A DNA stretch of 64,000 bases from Tubiluchus corallicola (taxonomy: Eukaryota; Animalia; Priapulida). A program made the position numbers and the translations under genes. This document shows positions 12,588 through 25,813 of this stretch, in pieces (position 1 is the stretch's first letter; each line of letters starts with the position of its first letter). Location of the stretch: positions 4,948 through 68,947 of the forward strand of contig JAQGDQ010001031.1 of NCBI GenBank assembly GCA_030141605.1. The letters run 5' to 3'. The notes beneath the pieces were generated by a model, which saw only the letters and a program-made list of their open reading frames with translations, was not told the origin of the DNA and did not search any database.

Positions 12588-13478
12588 TTGAAATCACTTG
12601 TAAAATTGTATCTTCACTACATGCAATTCAGATATTCAAATGTGTCATACATAACAATGAAAAGATTATCAGGGAGACTCGGAAACAACATGTTTAGCTA
12701 TGCTTCCTTGTATGGAATTGCGTGTGCAAATTACCTTACACCAGTGTTGCCAAAGGATTTTGCGTTATACGATGTCTTTCTGCGTCTAAAAATACCATCA
12801 AAGTCTTCAGTGAGATATTTGCACTTTAAAAAACAATTTTCGTGAGTTAGACTAAGGTATGCCGCAATGTTTTCCCCTTATTTGCATAAGTTAATAGATT
12901 ACTTTGGATACCCCATGAACATTAGTTTGGAAAGGTACCTTCATCCATATATATATTTTAATGTCTTGAAAAATGAAATTAAAGGTCAGTTTTGTTTTAA
13001 CAGTAAAACAATTTTAAAAGCGAAAATGTTGTTAAATTATGAATTACAGCAGAGAGGCATTTTTGCTGCTACAACAAAATTAGTGGGAATTCACGTACGA
13101 AGGGGCGATATCTTTTCAACAATTTTCCAAGTCCCTTCAGCTGCCTATATCAAAAGAGTTATGGGCTTTATGAAAAGCAAATTTACCAGCGTAGTGTTTG
13201 TTGTTATTGGCAAAGATACAAACTGGAACAAAGAGAACATTAATGGATCAGTTGTCGTTTTCATGCCTAACAACAGTGAGCCTGTTCTTGACATGTGCAT
13301 TGTCAGTCAACTATGTAATCACGTGATCACAACAGTAGGAACGTTCAGTTTCTGGTGTGGATATTTATCAAACGGAACTGTAGTATACTTTCGTGATATG
13401 CTTCCTGATGGGTACAGAGACAAAACGCGATGGTTCGTTTTTTCTAAGTTATTATGCTCTATGTTATTTCTAAGCTGA
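12588..13478 (+). pseudogene. Intronless alpha-1,2-fucosyltransferase (GT11, FUT1/FUT2-like) with in-frame TGA at 12843-12845
   Basis: GRLGNNMFSYASLYGIA, VGIHVRRGD, VFVV..D..W.KENI and DMCIVSQLCNHVITTVGTFSFWCGYL are GT11 motifs. ORFs 12588..12845 and 12867..13478 share one frame, separated only by a TGA. The N-terminal anchor region upstream has stops and no clean ATG. Confidence 0.85.
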
Positions 13479-16059
13479 GATAATCCACGTTGAAGCTGAG
13501 GTCCAGGTGGCATACTGAAAAACTTAATCTTGAGAAAATCTCTGTTAAATTTAGCCATTGTTCTTTGGCGCGTCTCTGCAAAACACTTAGCAACTGAACG
13601 AAAGTGGACTTTATACTGGGCTTATCAGCAAAATGACTGATACGGCGAGCTACTACCGGAGTTTGAAAACACAAGTTTTTTATAATGTCAGTTTAAACCC
13701 AGTGGAATGTGACAGCATGCATAGTGTTATGGAATGGAAAATTCTGCCTGATGTCTTTAGTGAAAGACATTACTTGATCATAATGCAGACTGCGAGAAAT
13801 TGACTTGTATGATACGTAGTTAAACAAATGAAACACCCTGATTTCATGAAAATGAAAAATTTATACATAAAGAGCATCAAACCGAAAAAAAAATCAGGAG
13901 ATCCTACTATTCACGACTTGAGAGCACAAAATGCGATTTTTTAATCTGCAAATTGGGCTCCTAGCTTCGGCCCAATCAGTTTGTGAATGACCTAAAAAAG
14001 ATTCGGAAATTTCCAGCTAATTTCTTTCTATGAAACATGTCAAGATACCTGAATATCAGCACTTCTTTGACAACTGTATCCATGCATAATTAGATACATT
14101 ACATAAGGCTTATCTACAAAGTGTATGTTGTACAATAAAATTTTTGTCAAGTTATCAAATAGTTGTCTGTTTATCATTTCTGTATTTTAATTTGTAGTTG
14201 CTTTGATATTTGTGGTTTCTGTAGCTTGTAGTGTAACATAATTGTCATTGTACCAATTTAGTAATACAGCATCATGACCCCGCTCATCTGAAGCTTCTGC
14301 TCTCCTTGTCTAAATAAGTTTTTGTATAATAAATATTGTAGAATGTAAACTTGAAACCAATTATGATCGATCAAGCGAAAACTAAAAATGCCTGTATCAT
14401 AGCTGTGCATTGATAAAGGTGTCTATGTCATGCCACGCCACTAATATAATTATAAAGAGACCAAGAAATTTAACATGTTTAGTGTCTAGTAATGACTCGG
14501 CATGTACTAAAAAATTAATACATCGGTGAGAAATAACAACGTTTTATCTGTTTTTTTTAAAACCCCTGCATGTTATATGTTTTATGTTTCTTGTTGTACA
14601 GTAGTATTTATCGAGTTACGACAAACAATTCCGGAGGTTTGGTTGCGGGGCTACCACCAAATTTTGTTTAACGAATCCCGTCTTAATTCGTTGAGTGCGC
14701 GCAAAGTTACGCGAGACTAAATACAAACTTAAGTCGTCTACTTGAATTCCGCCAACTTTCCTGGAAGCTACTCGCGATTAGGGCGCTACTTAGGACGTAA
14801 AACGTCTACATAAAGTTTTGCAAATATTTCAGTGCGCCTAAAGTCCACTTAAGACAAGAAACATGTATTCGCAGTATACTCAAATGGAACTGCTTCTGAT
14901 CTTCGGTCACTTAGTGAGATAATGGAATAAGTTGATAGGTGATGTAAAGAGTAGTTAGAAATAAAAGTTACGCTCCATAGAAACATGCAACTAAAAGGAT
15001 AGGTGGTTGTTGAGAAAAGTTTATCTGTCATGTTGCCTGGCTGTTTTCCTGGTACGAGAACACACTGCAGTGGCATCACTTCTTGTTCAGGTAATTCTCT
15101 TGCAAAATCACTTAATATAATCGCTTAATCTAAATGCAGTAATACGAAAATTGTCTGATAAATCGTTTAAGAATCAACATAGAACGTCCTTGATTGATAC
15201 CTACAGAGTGATACCTATAGAGTATCAAGATGATATTGATTCTGTTAAATATTGCTCATCTTTTCTTTATTTTTCTTGTTATTATATTTTGAGCCCTTTT
15301 TATTATGTTCTGCATCAAAGTAGAATTTTCTTTTGCGTAAAATTTTGTTAAAGATAGGCCATACTGATTTAAATAATTATAATTTGATTTCTGTTTTTGG
15401 TAAATTTAGATAATCACATATAAAAGTTTGTCAAATCTCTGAACAGTAACTTTGTTGCCATGCGTGTGAGTTATTGTAATGCATGAAGAATTTTGATTTT
15501 TTTGCTCTTGAAATAATCCGTTGATTGGTTCCTTTTATTATATTATTTTTCAAAGCTTGCACGCGTTGTTGTAAATGTACTTTCTAAATGTACATTTCAT
15601 AAGTCTGTTTATACTGACGTAAATTTTGATTTGTTATGGTTTCGTTTGTTTAAAATTTGTTTTGTTAAGGTTTATTTCTTAACTGTTCTTGGGTATGCAA
15701 CTGTTTTCAATATTTTATTTGGAATTTTTTAACAAATAACCTAATACATTTTACATATGTAAAAATTCTAGAGCCTGGTGACGAGTTAGCAATTATTTGA
15801 AACAATGCAAATATATTTGCGTACAACAATGATTTTGTTTATAAAAAAGAGCAATCAACTAAAACAACATCGTTTTTCTTCAATTTTTCATTTTCTAAAT
15901 ATCAAACATGAAACAAAGTAACGACATGTTAACACCACAACTTTTTGGTAGACTGACACTGACACCACTTGTTGAATAATTATTACAAAGTTAAGGCCTG
16001 ATATCAGGTGCACAGGTATCGCATTCTTGTGAAAAAGAAACTGTTCCTGTTATAAATAA

Positions 16060-16560
16060 TTTAAAAGTTACAGGGCTGGTCACAAATTTCTGTATGCATT
16101 AATAGATAGCAGCACTAGATATCACGAATTTCAAGGTTCACAGAATTTCTTACATATCAACTGGTGCGCTTTGATTTATGAACTGAATTTGTAACTGAAC
16201 ATTTCAAAATCGACCTTGAATGTCCCCTCATCTCCTTTGAAGACGTTTTTCTTAATTGCTGTTAGTCTGGCAATACAACTGATTCAGGTGGTATTGTTGA
16301 GTAAGAAGCCACGGGCGGAGGTGGAGCAATCAGTTCAGGAGTCAGCGTTGACTCGTAGTATAGCCTTACCCTGGTTGCAGCATACTCAACTTTGCTCATC
16401 ACCTCCTCATAATAATTCTGAGACTGTGATATCTCTACTTGGCTCTCCAGCAAGCCCTGATTTTCTTGATGCACTGCATTAAAGTCTTTAGCTAAATTGT
16501 TTAGCCCATTATCTTCTCTCCTAAGATGACCAGAAGCACATCTAGATTCCATAAACTGAG
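16060..16560 (-). mobile_element. Probable BEL/Pao LTR-retrotransposon gag relic
   Basis: Helical ORF 16262..16552 ends in a Pro-rich linker plus VVLP, followed by frameshifted VFKGDEGTF..F / NSVHK and KF. This resembles the DUF1759 start (LP.l.l..F.Gd...f..F...vh). Confidence 0.4.
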
Positions 16561-16893
16561 TCGCAAACTAATTACAAAACTAATTTTCAAATTACTGTTT
16601 GCTCTCTGTAAATAACTGTGTAAGAAACGATTGCCATGGCAATTTCTAACAGGCGCTGGGCAGACCCATTGACTAGAAGGACAAAATTAGTGTCAAGCAT
16701 GGGTGCTCTGTGTAAGCAACTATATAAACTTGTTTACCAGTAATGGCTTTCGGGCCACAATACGCATGTCTGGATTTGGTGGTCTTTAGTCGAATATCGC
16801 TGTTACAACCATCAGGCGTACGTGGAGATACGTAGTATAATAATAAGATATCGTGGACTATAGTCGAATTTCGCAGTTAAAGAAAATACTGTA

Positions 16894-17110
16894 TTATTTG
16901 ACTAAAGTCGAACTTAGCACCAAATTTTTTTGTAGACTTTTGCAGTTGTGATGAAAGAAAGAAAAACTGTAATCTTTATTTTCCGTTTCCAGTTTTGTGC
17001 TGAATTTTTTATTAAATTGGTCTTCTGTCATGTGAGAACTAGTCTGATTAGTCACACTATTGTAGAAGTTCAGGCCTGTGTCAATGTTAGCTTTCTCATT
17101 ATACATAAAT
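16894..17110 (-). mobile_element. CR1/L2-type LINE fragment (start of APE endonuclease)
   Basis: DTGLNFYN...TEDQFNKKF...FSFFHHNCKSLQKN matches the D.D.Nf...F...fs.lH.NirSl.kn motif preceding the LINE APE domain. Confidence 0.6.
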
Positions 17111-19929
17111 AGAATGAATTGCAGTTTATTCAGATCTTTTATACAAATACCTAATGTAATGTTTAAAATATCTAGATTATGAGGGAATTTTGTATTTGTT
17201 TGTATTGTAGTGTTAATAGAATGCAATGTAAATAACATTAACAAATCTTAAAAAAGAACAAATAAAGAACAGAAATTCATGATAACAAATAAAAACTACC
17301 ATAAACAGTTAAATCCCAAACAGTTAGTCCCTGCAGATGAGACGGCTCTTAAACATTTGTTTAATTTTCCCTAAAAATTCAACTCTGTGCTGATTAATGT
17401 ATTGTTGTGATGGCATTAAGGTGAGTCATGAATGAGAGATTATAAGCTTGCTAGACGCACAGCTTCTTAAGTCAACTCATCCAACAAATGTATTAGGTGC
17501 ATTCAAATGAAACGGTTTATTACGTTTTAATCAGTATAATAGTAATAGTATGATTATCAGTAATAACAGTACTATGTTTTAATACTATATTTATTATGAG
17601 TTCACTTTTAGTTATAAGAACAAGCTAGTTTTTTTATATTACACAAATATCAGTCGACGAATAACGTGATAAATAACGTGAAAAAATGAAGTAAACTGTT
17701 GTTCGAATGTTCAGGATTGGCCAGCAAGAGCGTTTGGCAATGAAAAGTGTAGCTATGTGAACTTAGCCCATAGTGGTTGAAACAAAGTTTATTTGTGTTT
17801 CAGGGGTTTTATAATTTTTCTGTGCATTTATAATCACTAACAAAATTTTGCTTCTTCTTTTAGTCTAGGAGTTCTGGTTTGATTACAATGGGAAATTGTA
17901 CAATCCAGTTTATCCTTCTGACTTCCTATTCCCACCAAATAGATATATTTCTCAATATGATGGGAATAGTTTAGTAAGAATAAGTGGCAATGACAAGTAG
18001 TATTCATTTGGTGAACAGAGAAACACGTTAATGGTCCTTGATCAGATGCAATTCGAGTACTTTGAAACAGCAAATATCAATAATGAAACTTTCTTTAAAA
18101 TTCACCTGATTGCACAGTTTGTCTCTCTCTTGGTTATGTCTGCCAGCATGACTATCATATTCCCAAAGATATTAATATAAACTGTTTACTTCAAACAGGT
18201 TTCTGGGTAGAGCGTGCACAGTACAAATCTGTGTGATGGAGAATATACAGTACATGCATTTATACAAGGAATTGTCATCATAAGAAAAGCAACTAGTTTA
18301 CAATAAAATTTATTCTATGAAGGATCATCTTATTTAAGAATAAATAAATGTCTTAATAAAAGTCTCGATTATGAAACTTGAGAGCTTTCATTCAGGATCA
18401 TACAGCTGAAAGCGAAGGCACAGCATAAGTATCTAACAAAATCTAACCGGCTGTTGATTATTCATTACCATGTGTCCAATCAAGTCATTATATGCTATAC
18501 CCAAGTTGACGTTCTGCCAAATTAACTTGCAAAGACAGTCTACATACATGAATCCCAAAATACAGATTCACCTGTATGATCACATAAAATTGCATACGCC
18601 AAGCATTAGCACTCTATGTACATTTAGCCTGTTATGTAATTCTTTACAACTACAATAATTGTTTAGCTAAGATGCTGTTATAAACAACAGTTTACAATAA
18701 AGAAGAAAGAAGAAACTAGTTTACAATAAAATACATGCTGTACAAGTTCGTCTTATTTGTGTTGTCCTAAGAAAAGGCTCACTTCTGTAAATTCTAAGAA
18801 TACACCTCCAATCGATCCATGTGCCTAGCTGCTCCCAAACTCGGTACGGACGAGTTTACAATGTTGAACAAAGAATTTCTGAACATGTAGCTTCCAACGT
18901 TAGTGCCATTTTGCTGGTTGAAAAGTCTGTGTAAAAGTTCATACCCTCGCTCAGCATGAACGAAAATCATCTCTTCCATATTAACCATCTCGTCTAAGAT
19001 TATCAAATACTTGAAGTTCAACCTATTACAACACAAGCAGCTATTAACTGAAGACAACCATGCAGCAGTTCTGAACTGAAGACAACGGTGCAACAGTTCT
19101 GCACCGAAATTGCCTCATTTTCGGTGGCTTGAGCACTTCCTTGTGCGTTACGTTTGCGTCGCGTATGCTCCTTTTAGTGATACGCACGTAATTTCAACAG
19201 GTTTCAACTTCCACATTGTGCATCTGATACTAATTACATGGACTCCACTTTCATATACCCCCGCCCCTGACTCCATATAATGATTAAAAATGAAATTTTT
19301 TAAAAAAAAATTATGTAATGTAATACGTGTTATGTTAGTTTCGTGTTTCGTAATGTTAAATGTATAAATAGTGTGCACTATGTAATGTAAAATTTAATGT
19401 ACTTTCCTATAATTGTTTGTAAAAATATTTTAATATGGTATTTGTAAATATGTTCATTATATTGTATATAGTTTGCACTTTAGTTTTTTTAGTATGCGCT
19501 GGACGCATTTGTCTTGAACAGTGTTGTTATTTTAACATTACGCTGAGGCTAACTCAATTTTATTATAATGAGGGAACCGTTTTTATGACAAATAAAGAAT
19601 TAATGTATATATATATAATTATTGATGCGTATGACGACACGACCTGATTCCCATTTTAAAACTTAAATTTAAATTTGTACACGTTAGTATAAATTATTAC
19701 CATCATAATTCTTTATTTTGAGCATCTATTTTTATTACTGTCATAATTCTTTATTTATATATTATTATAAATACATACATTTATACATGCGCCCTCTATT
19801 TGCAGGGCTATAACAGTTAACAGTATTTACATTTCATATATAACAACTTACAATAGCCATGCTAGTATTGTATTATTATTGTTACCTTCCTAACTGACAT
19901 TGATAACAATTTTATTAAATTAATTAATC

Positions 19930-21230
19930 CTGTTTGGTTAGTGACAAAACAAAATTATCTAACAAGATATTGACAAAGTTAATTAAAATCAGATTATCAA
20001 GACAAGTTAACATATAATTAACATCCTGGTGCTGTAAAACGCGTACAAAGTTTTCTCGTTTAAAGCCACTTACAAATATGCAATTAAACAACAGACGATG
20101 TTGGGTTTGCCTCCCCTCTATACCCTGGCAAATACTATTGTCTGCATAATGAATATTGAACAGAAAATAATTAAAATTACCTTGATCTGTTAGAAATGTG
20201 CAGGCTAAAACCTCAAGTTTTCTATTATCTCTTTGTACTGGAATAGTCAAGGGAGATGTACTTAAAAAATATGGATAAACTGGAGATGCCCCAGAAAGAT
20301 ATCTGTTGCGACACTTACATTTCCTTAATGCTAATATGTAATTATCAATATCACTTTTATTATATTTAATGACTGTTTATTGATTATATGCTTTTAATGA
20401 ATATTTAATTTCTCGTAAATCTAAATTCCGGGCAGTAAAATCTTTAGTTATTCTTAAAAATTCATTAGACGCCAATAAAGCAAATGTAAAAAGTGCCTGT
20501 TTAGAGGTATAAGACTGTTATTTAGTCGAAACAAATTTAATTTTACTGGATCACTGTTCATCATTGACAAAGTTTTTAAGATAAATTTCGTTGCTAAGCA
20601 TTTCCACATAATCTCTAAAGGAGGTAATCCGCATACTAACTCCAACTTGTCACGGGATGGGTGGAAGCGACAACCTGTCGCAGTTTTCATGACGTCATAA
20701 ATTAGGTCGTCAAAGAACTCATATTTGCCAGCCATCCAAGCAGTCGCACATATAAAATAATAGGTAATACCAGTGCTTTAAACGATGCAATTACTGCAAT
20801 CAAACTAAAACCTTTATACAAATAACCTTTATGTCGAATTGCCATCCACCTGTTCCAAGGTTCTTTATAACATTATTAATGTGTTTACTGAATGTTAATG
20901 AGTTATCTATTAACTCATAAATTCAAATTCGTTTGAATTAATTAACAACAATAAGCTTTTCAAGTACAGATATCTGACCCAAAGGAGCAATAAACAAGTG
21001 TGCCAGTTCTGATTCACTTGGCTAACATGTTATCTCGTAAAGGATTTTCTATGGGAACATATTGTAACTGTTGCATGGTTTGCGATTTTTGTACCCTAGG
21101 TGGCTGACTGTTTCAGCTACTTGCAACTTCTGCTATTACCAGACATGCATACTGCGCTCCAGTACTGCAAATCACCCCATGACCTCTCACAATTTTGTGG
21201 CAAACGATTTTCTCTCCGTGCTCTAAATTA
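19930..21230 (-). mobile_element. Decayed non-LTR retrotransposon 3' part (post-RT region and C-terminal zinc-knuckle relic)
   Basis: KTATGCRFHPSRDKLELVCGLPPLEI and GNFNYFLFNI..DNSIC.G..QT.HRLLFNC resemble I/Ingi-like LINE ORF2 C-termini. Fragmented. Confidence 0.55.
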
Positions 21231-21238
21231 ATTCTAAA

Positions 21239-21631
21239 CTAGCAAAGGGCCCGCAAAAAATTTTGCGTATAAATACCATCATAATCAAAAATATGCGAAC
21301 ATCCTACCTAGTATTCGTTTACTTAACTAACGCAAAGCCAGTAGCAGCAGCTTTTACTGAATTAAAGTTATAAGGTTATAGACAGAGTATAATGGATGAC
21401 GTCAGAACAATTGCTTTGCGTCAGCAGTTTTCCAAGCGAAAATTGCCAAAAATTGAACATCTAATTAACTTGTCGACACTCCTCTCGGTGGACGTGTCCT
21501 AAAATATAGCCCACATATCTCCTTTCGAGAGTCCCTCCAGGCGCCACCAGAATGTTTTTTCTACAGGCCTTTTGACAAAAAATTTTAAATATATATATAA
21601 CCCATACCACGGAAATTATTTATATATACGA
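21239..21631 (-). mobile_element. Short non-autonomous Helitron
   Basis: On the minus strand it ends in hairpin CGCAAAA..TTTTGCG followed by CTAG|T (21239). Probable 5' end A|TC at 21631. The body is homologous to 35422-35830. Confidence 0.75.
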
Positions 21632-21904
21632 TTCTGTCAATGCTAGAAGATAAAAGTGATCCGTTGAGGAGACTATGTTTACACAGTTAGATCTTTGTTC
21701 TAGCACAAGATCAGCACTTTAGACTCTACACAATACACCACAGCAATTTGCTTCTGAAATTATGATGTATTAAGATCTTAGATATATGACGTTGAAAAAT
21801 TGGTACCAGAAAACTAGCTGTTTGTAGTGCGGCCTGAGTAGAGTCTAGCTCAGTATAAAGCCCAAACCTCAAAGAAGAGCCACTGAACTGTGAGCGGTGA
21901 AAAC

Positions 21905-22494
21905 AGAGATCTGCCATCTTTTGATGCCACCATTACCTAATTACCAATATACATGTGACCAGGCCAGCCAATGCTTAGCAAATATTTCTGAAGCGTTTCA
22001 AAACGTTTTGCAATGTACGCATTATTGTCCAGATAGATACCACTGTATTCCATCAGAACCTACAAACGTGCCACGTCAGCTACATGTACAATAACTTCAA
22101 TCGCATTTCCCATGACTAATTTGGATCTTTCTGTGGTTTTCACTTCGATCCCTTGACTGTGTCTCAGTACGCCCCAAATGGAGGTTCCTCGACATGCATG
22201 TACAGATGAATCCGATGAATGTTGTACCACACAGACCTCAGACAAGTCATCTCAACAAAAGACACGCATTTATTTCCTAATCTGATGTAATGGTCCATAT
22301 TTGGAATCCCCATGCCTCCATCTAGGAACAATTCTTCGTCGGTGAACAATTCCACGCTGCCAATTTTAACAGAACTTAATTTCAGTTTTTGGTGCGAATA
22401 CAAATCATCTAAAATCTTCCATGTGGTTTTGATGAAAGAGCCACGTGACTGTGACTCGGTTTCTGTGTATGCTTTCCAAATCAATTATAGCTGC
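21905..22494 (-). pseudogene. GT32 alpha-1,4-glycosyltransferase (A4GNT/A4GALT-like, DxD) pseudo-exon, truncated copy
   Basis: Acceptor ttatttcag| at 22495. Translation IPNMDHYIR..CLRSVW..PPFGAY*..HVADVARL*VLMEYSGIYLDNN..IGN*VMVA matches GT32 (PniiHyiw; H.sDv.Rl..L..yGGIYlD.D). Three stops and a frameshift. Confidence 0.8.
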
Positions 22495-23209
22495 CTGAAA
22501 TAATCGCATTTACAAATCACGTTTTATCAAACTGTTTTTCAGCAGTTTCATGATTTATGCAGCTCCAATCCTTGCAAATTTTGTTTTCCTTAACAAAGAA
22601 ATTATTTCGACAAGATATATTTCTTATATAACGCAAATACTTCGCATTTAGTGCTAATAACATTTATCACAAAAATAATCACAATAGCATATTATATCAT
22701 GTGGCACAAAAAAAATGTGTCGAACTTTGGATCACGAATTTGTAACAATGGGGGCATATGAAAAAACAGATGGTCAATTTAAAATGTGTGACATTTTCTT
22801 TTATGTTAGAATGATAATTCTACAGTAAAAAATGTAACTTTGTTTAAAAATCTACTGATTACCTCCCGGCAACAGAATAGCGTTATTTTCATTCTGTAAC
22901 AATTTATTCGCAGTTAAGGGGTAAGCGGTGCTTCCCAACAAGAAGAATAATGACAGAAAGATTTATGACGTGCATTAGAAGACAAAAAAACTTATAAAGT
23001 GAGTAAACTTGGCTAAAGGAAGTACTACACAATGGTAGTACAGGTTGCTAATCAGTTAAAGCTAATTGGTTAAACAATTACTTTACGAGAGCTTGGAGCA
23101 TTGGCTAACCACGAAATATGCGCTGTGAATTTAATCTTATTCTCTCGAGTTTACCAGCTTGGATATGCAATAAGCGTTTTCAGTGTGAGAATCTTAGGTG
23201 CCCGATTTG

Positions 23210-23847
23210 TGTGACAGACAGTACACTTACAGATTTACTATAAACACAAACACTTTATAAACAGTTATATATTAAGTTTATAAATTTAACAAATTTCGGA
23301 AATATTAAATATTGGTAACAATGACAATTAAACTTTTTCACAATATGAGATAATGATCGAATAACAGTGATCTGCATTAGTGTTTTAACTGTACGACTGG
23401 TTTGGCCAAGATGACAATCAATTTACTGACAATTGTTTCGTTTACAACTTTCAATAATCAACTACAACTACATTCATATAACCAAGAAATATGATAAGTA
23501 AAACTACATAACACTGGGACTGTCCAATCTGCAAGTCCCAACAATTGGCTCAGTCCCTTTTCTAGTATGTGCAGTTCTGCGCTTCAGAGGCTGGCTCAAA
23601 CCAACAATGCAGAAGAAATCTATGTTGATAGCAATAAAAAGTTTTGCTCCTACCTTCGGAGAGTCCACACCTTGTCACTTGCTTGACATCGACCAAAGAA
23701 GCCATGACTCTGCCCCCCCCCTTATGAAAATCTCACATGTGACATGATACACCCTCCTGTCTAGCTATCGAGCATTCTGACTTTTAAGCGCTTTATGCCC
23801 CCCATTATCTGGCGTCTCGACTTCTGAGCTCTAAATGGGCTGTCACA
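23210..23847 (-). mobile_element. Solo-LTR-like element
   Basis: 638 bp bounded by inverted termini TGTGACAG...CTGTCACA (TG..CA). No clear target-site duplication. Confidence 0.4.
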
Positions 23848-23859
23848 ATATTTTAAAAA

Positions 23860-24440
23860 TTGTTCACTGAAGCACTCAAGACCTTTTGCAGCTGCCAAAG
23901 TAAACCTGGTAGTTTAGCTTTCTTTAATTTCTTTATCTAGATCATTCAATACCTTAATACAAAAACCTGAAGCACACATCGCTTTCTTTCTTGTTCTCTC
24001 TACGGGTATTTTAAAGTATTCATTCTGGCGTGTTGTATCGTTCAAACGTCTCACAATTGTAAACAATTTTTGCATCCTTTCTGGTAACTAAATATTTTTC
24101 GGCTTTGTAGATTACCAATGATTTTTTATGATTTATCAAATCTTTTAGCTTTAGAGCTTTCAAATTACAAAACAAATGATTAGTATGGTCTTAACCAATT
24201 TTGTTCACAATTCTTATTGCTTCTTTTGAAATATGTAATGTACGTATTGCCCCATATATCAGAACAATAATACAGATATGGCATAATTAATGAAGGATAC
24301 AGAGTACACAATGATTGTTGCTTTAAAATGTGTTTAACTCTGCAAAGTATTGCTATGCTTTTAGACAATTTAGATTTAACAATTTTTATATGTACTTTCC
24401 AAGTCAGCATGTGGTTAATTTGTACTCCAGGAAAATTAAT
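23860..24440 (-). mobile_element. CR1/L2-type LINE 3' fragment (RT thumb / C-terminus)
   Basis: LTWKVHIKIVKSKLSKSIAILCRVKHIL..SLCTLYPSLIMPYLYYCSDIWGNTY is the typical post-RT motif. Confidence 0.85.
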
Positions 24441-24639
24441 AACATATACTTCAACATATATATATGTTATATTAGTAATATGGAACATATATACTATTTT
24501 AGTTCTAAGACTGATCGCTGTGGAACGCCACATATCTCTCTCTTGTAAGTAGCTTTTTACCCTACCTTGTGCAACAGCTCTTATTCCTTATGTTCCTAAT
24601 TTTTTTTAAGTGCAGCATGATCAATGTTTCAAACACTTT

Positions 24640-25493
24640 TTAATTAAATAAACACATAAATCATTTAACATTTTTATCATTGGTCTTCCTTGACAAGAAA
24701 ATGAAAACAAAGACAAACATCTGCATCCATCACCAAACCTATGCTTGAAAAAAAAAGAAGCTCTTTGCTTTCCCGCTCTTTACTAGACTTGGAAGAACAC
24801 CCATTGAAATGCTCTCCTGTTTCGTTGGCAACTTGCCACCATTATAATACCCAGCAGAATTGTTCAAGTTCAGATACGTTCTGTAATAGAATTGCAGAGA
24901 TCTGCCATCTTTTAATGCCACCATTACCTAATTGCCAATATACATGTGATTAGGCCAGCCAATGCTTAGCAAATATTTCTGAAGCGTTTCAAAGCATTTT
25001 GCAACGTAACACATTATTGTTCAGATAGATACCACTGTATTCCATCAAAACCTACTAACGTGCCACGTCAGCTACATGTACAATAACTTCAATCGCATTT
25101 CCCATGACTAATTTGGATCTTTCTGTGGTTTTCACTTCGATCCCTTCACTGTTTCTCAGCACGCCCCAAATGGAGGTTCCTCGACATGCATGTACAGATG
25201 AATCCGATGAATGTTGTACCACACAGACCTCAGACAAGTCATCTCAACAAAAGACATGTTTCCTAATCTGATATAATGGTCCATATTTGGAATCCCCATG
25301 CCAAATTCATCGGCCTCCATCTAGGAACAATTCTTCGTTGGTGGACAATTCCACGCTGCAAATTTTAACAGAACTTAATTTCAGCTTTTGTTGCGAATAC
25401 AAATCATCTAAAATCTTCCATGTGGTTTTGATGAAAGAGCCACGTGACTGTGGCTCGGTATCTGTGTATGCTTTCCAAATCAATTATAGCTGC
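24640..25493 (-). pseudogene. GT32 alpha-1,4-glycosyltransferase pseudo-exon, longer copy
   Basis: Highly similar to 21905-22508 over 24895-25508, with the same acceptor (25494). It continues with SLQFYYRTYLNLNNSAGYYNGGKLP (GT32 F..y...Y..y....W.yN...P). Shares the stops of the other copy. Confidence 0.8.
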
Positions 25494-25813
25494 CTGAAAT
25501 AATCGCATCGAAATCAATAAAACAATCCTACTAAATAACTGAGATGAATATTAATTTTGTTCACTTCTCTGGGTATGGGGCAAGTCTTAAGTGACATCAT
25601 ACATATTGGTCTATCGCTCCGCCTCTGCTGTAACGTAAGCAGGCTCAGCAGCATCAGGGACAACAGCTCACGCAGGACAACAACTGTCTAAGCTAAACTA
25701 AACTAAACAAAATGACAGTCACAGCTAATGTCTAGTCAGCAGATAAACTGATTGCTGCTTTTTATACACACAAATTTGAAGAACAGCAGCTAGTTTAACA
25801 CGAAATTAGCACT

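Noticed and set aside
12588-13478. Bacterial origin (horizontal transfer) of the intronless glycosyltransferases
   Set aside because: Motifs match animal FUT1/2 and GXYLT types, neighbouring genes have spliceosomal introns, and single-exon catalytic domains are common in animal glycosyltransferases. A phylogeny would be needed to revisit this.
14850-15090. Exon-like segment ending in cag|gtaatt
   Set aside because: Several stops in the best frame and no recognisable family, so I cannot support a call.
18794-19093. 99-aa minus-strand ORF
   Set aside because: No recognisable motif or clear splice structure.
9854-25493. Alternative genetic code or stop readthrough (TAG=Gln, TGA=Trp/Sec), since several stops fall where Gln or Trp is expected
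   Set aside because: The same genes also have frameshifts, and the intact CHST has no internal stop in 331 codons and ends in TGA. Single transitions (CAG>TAG, TGG>TGA) explain the stops.
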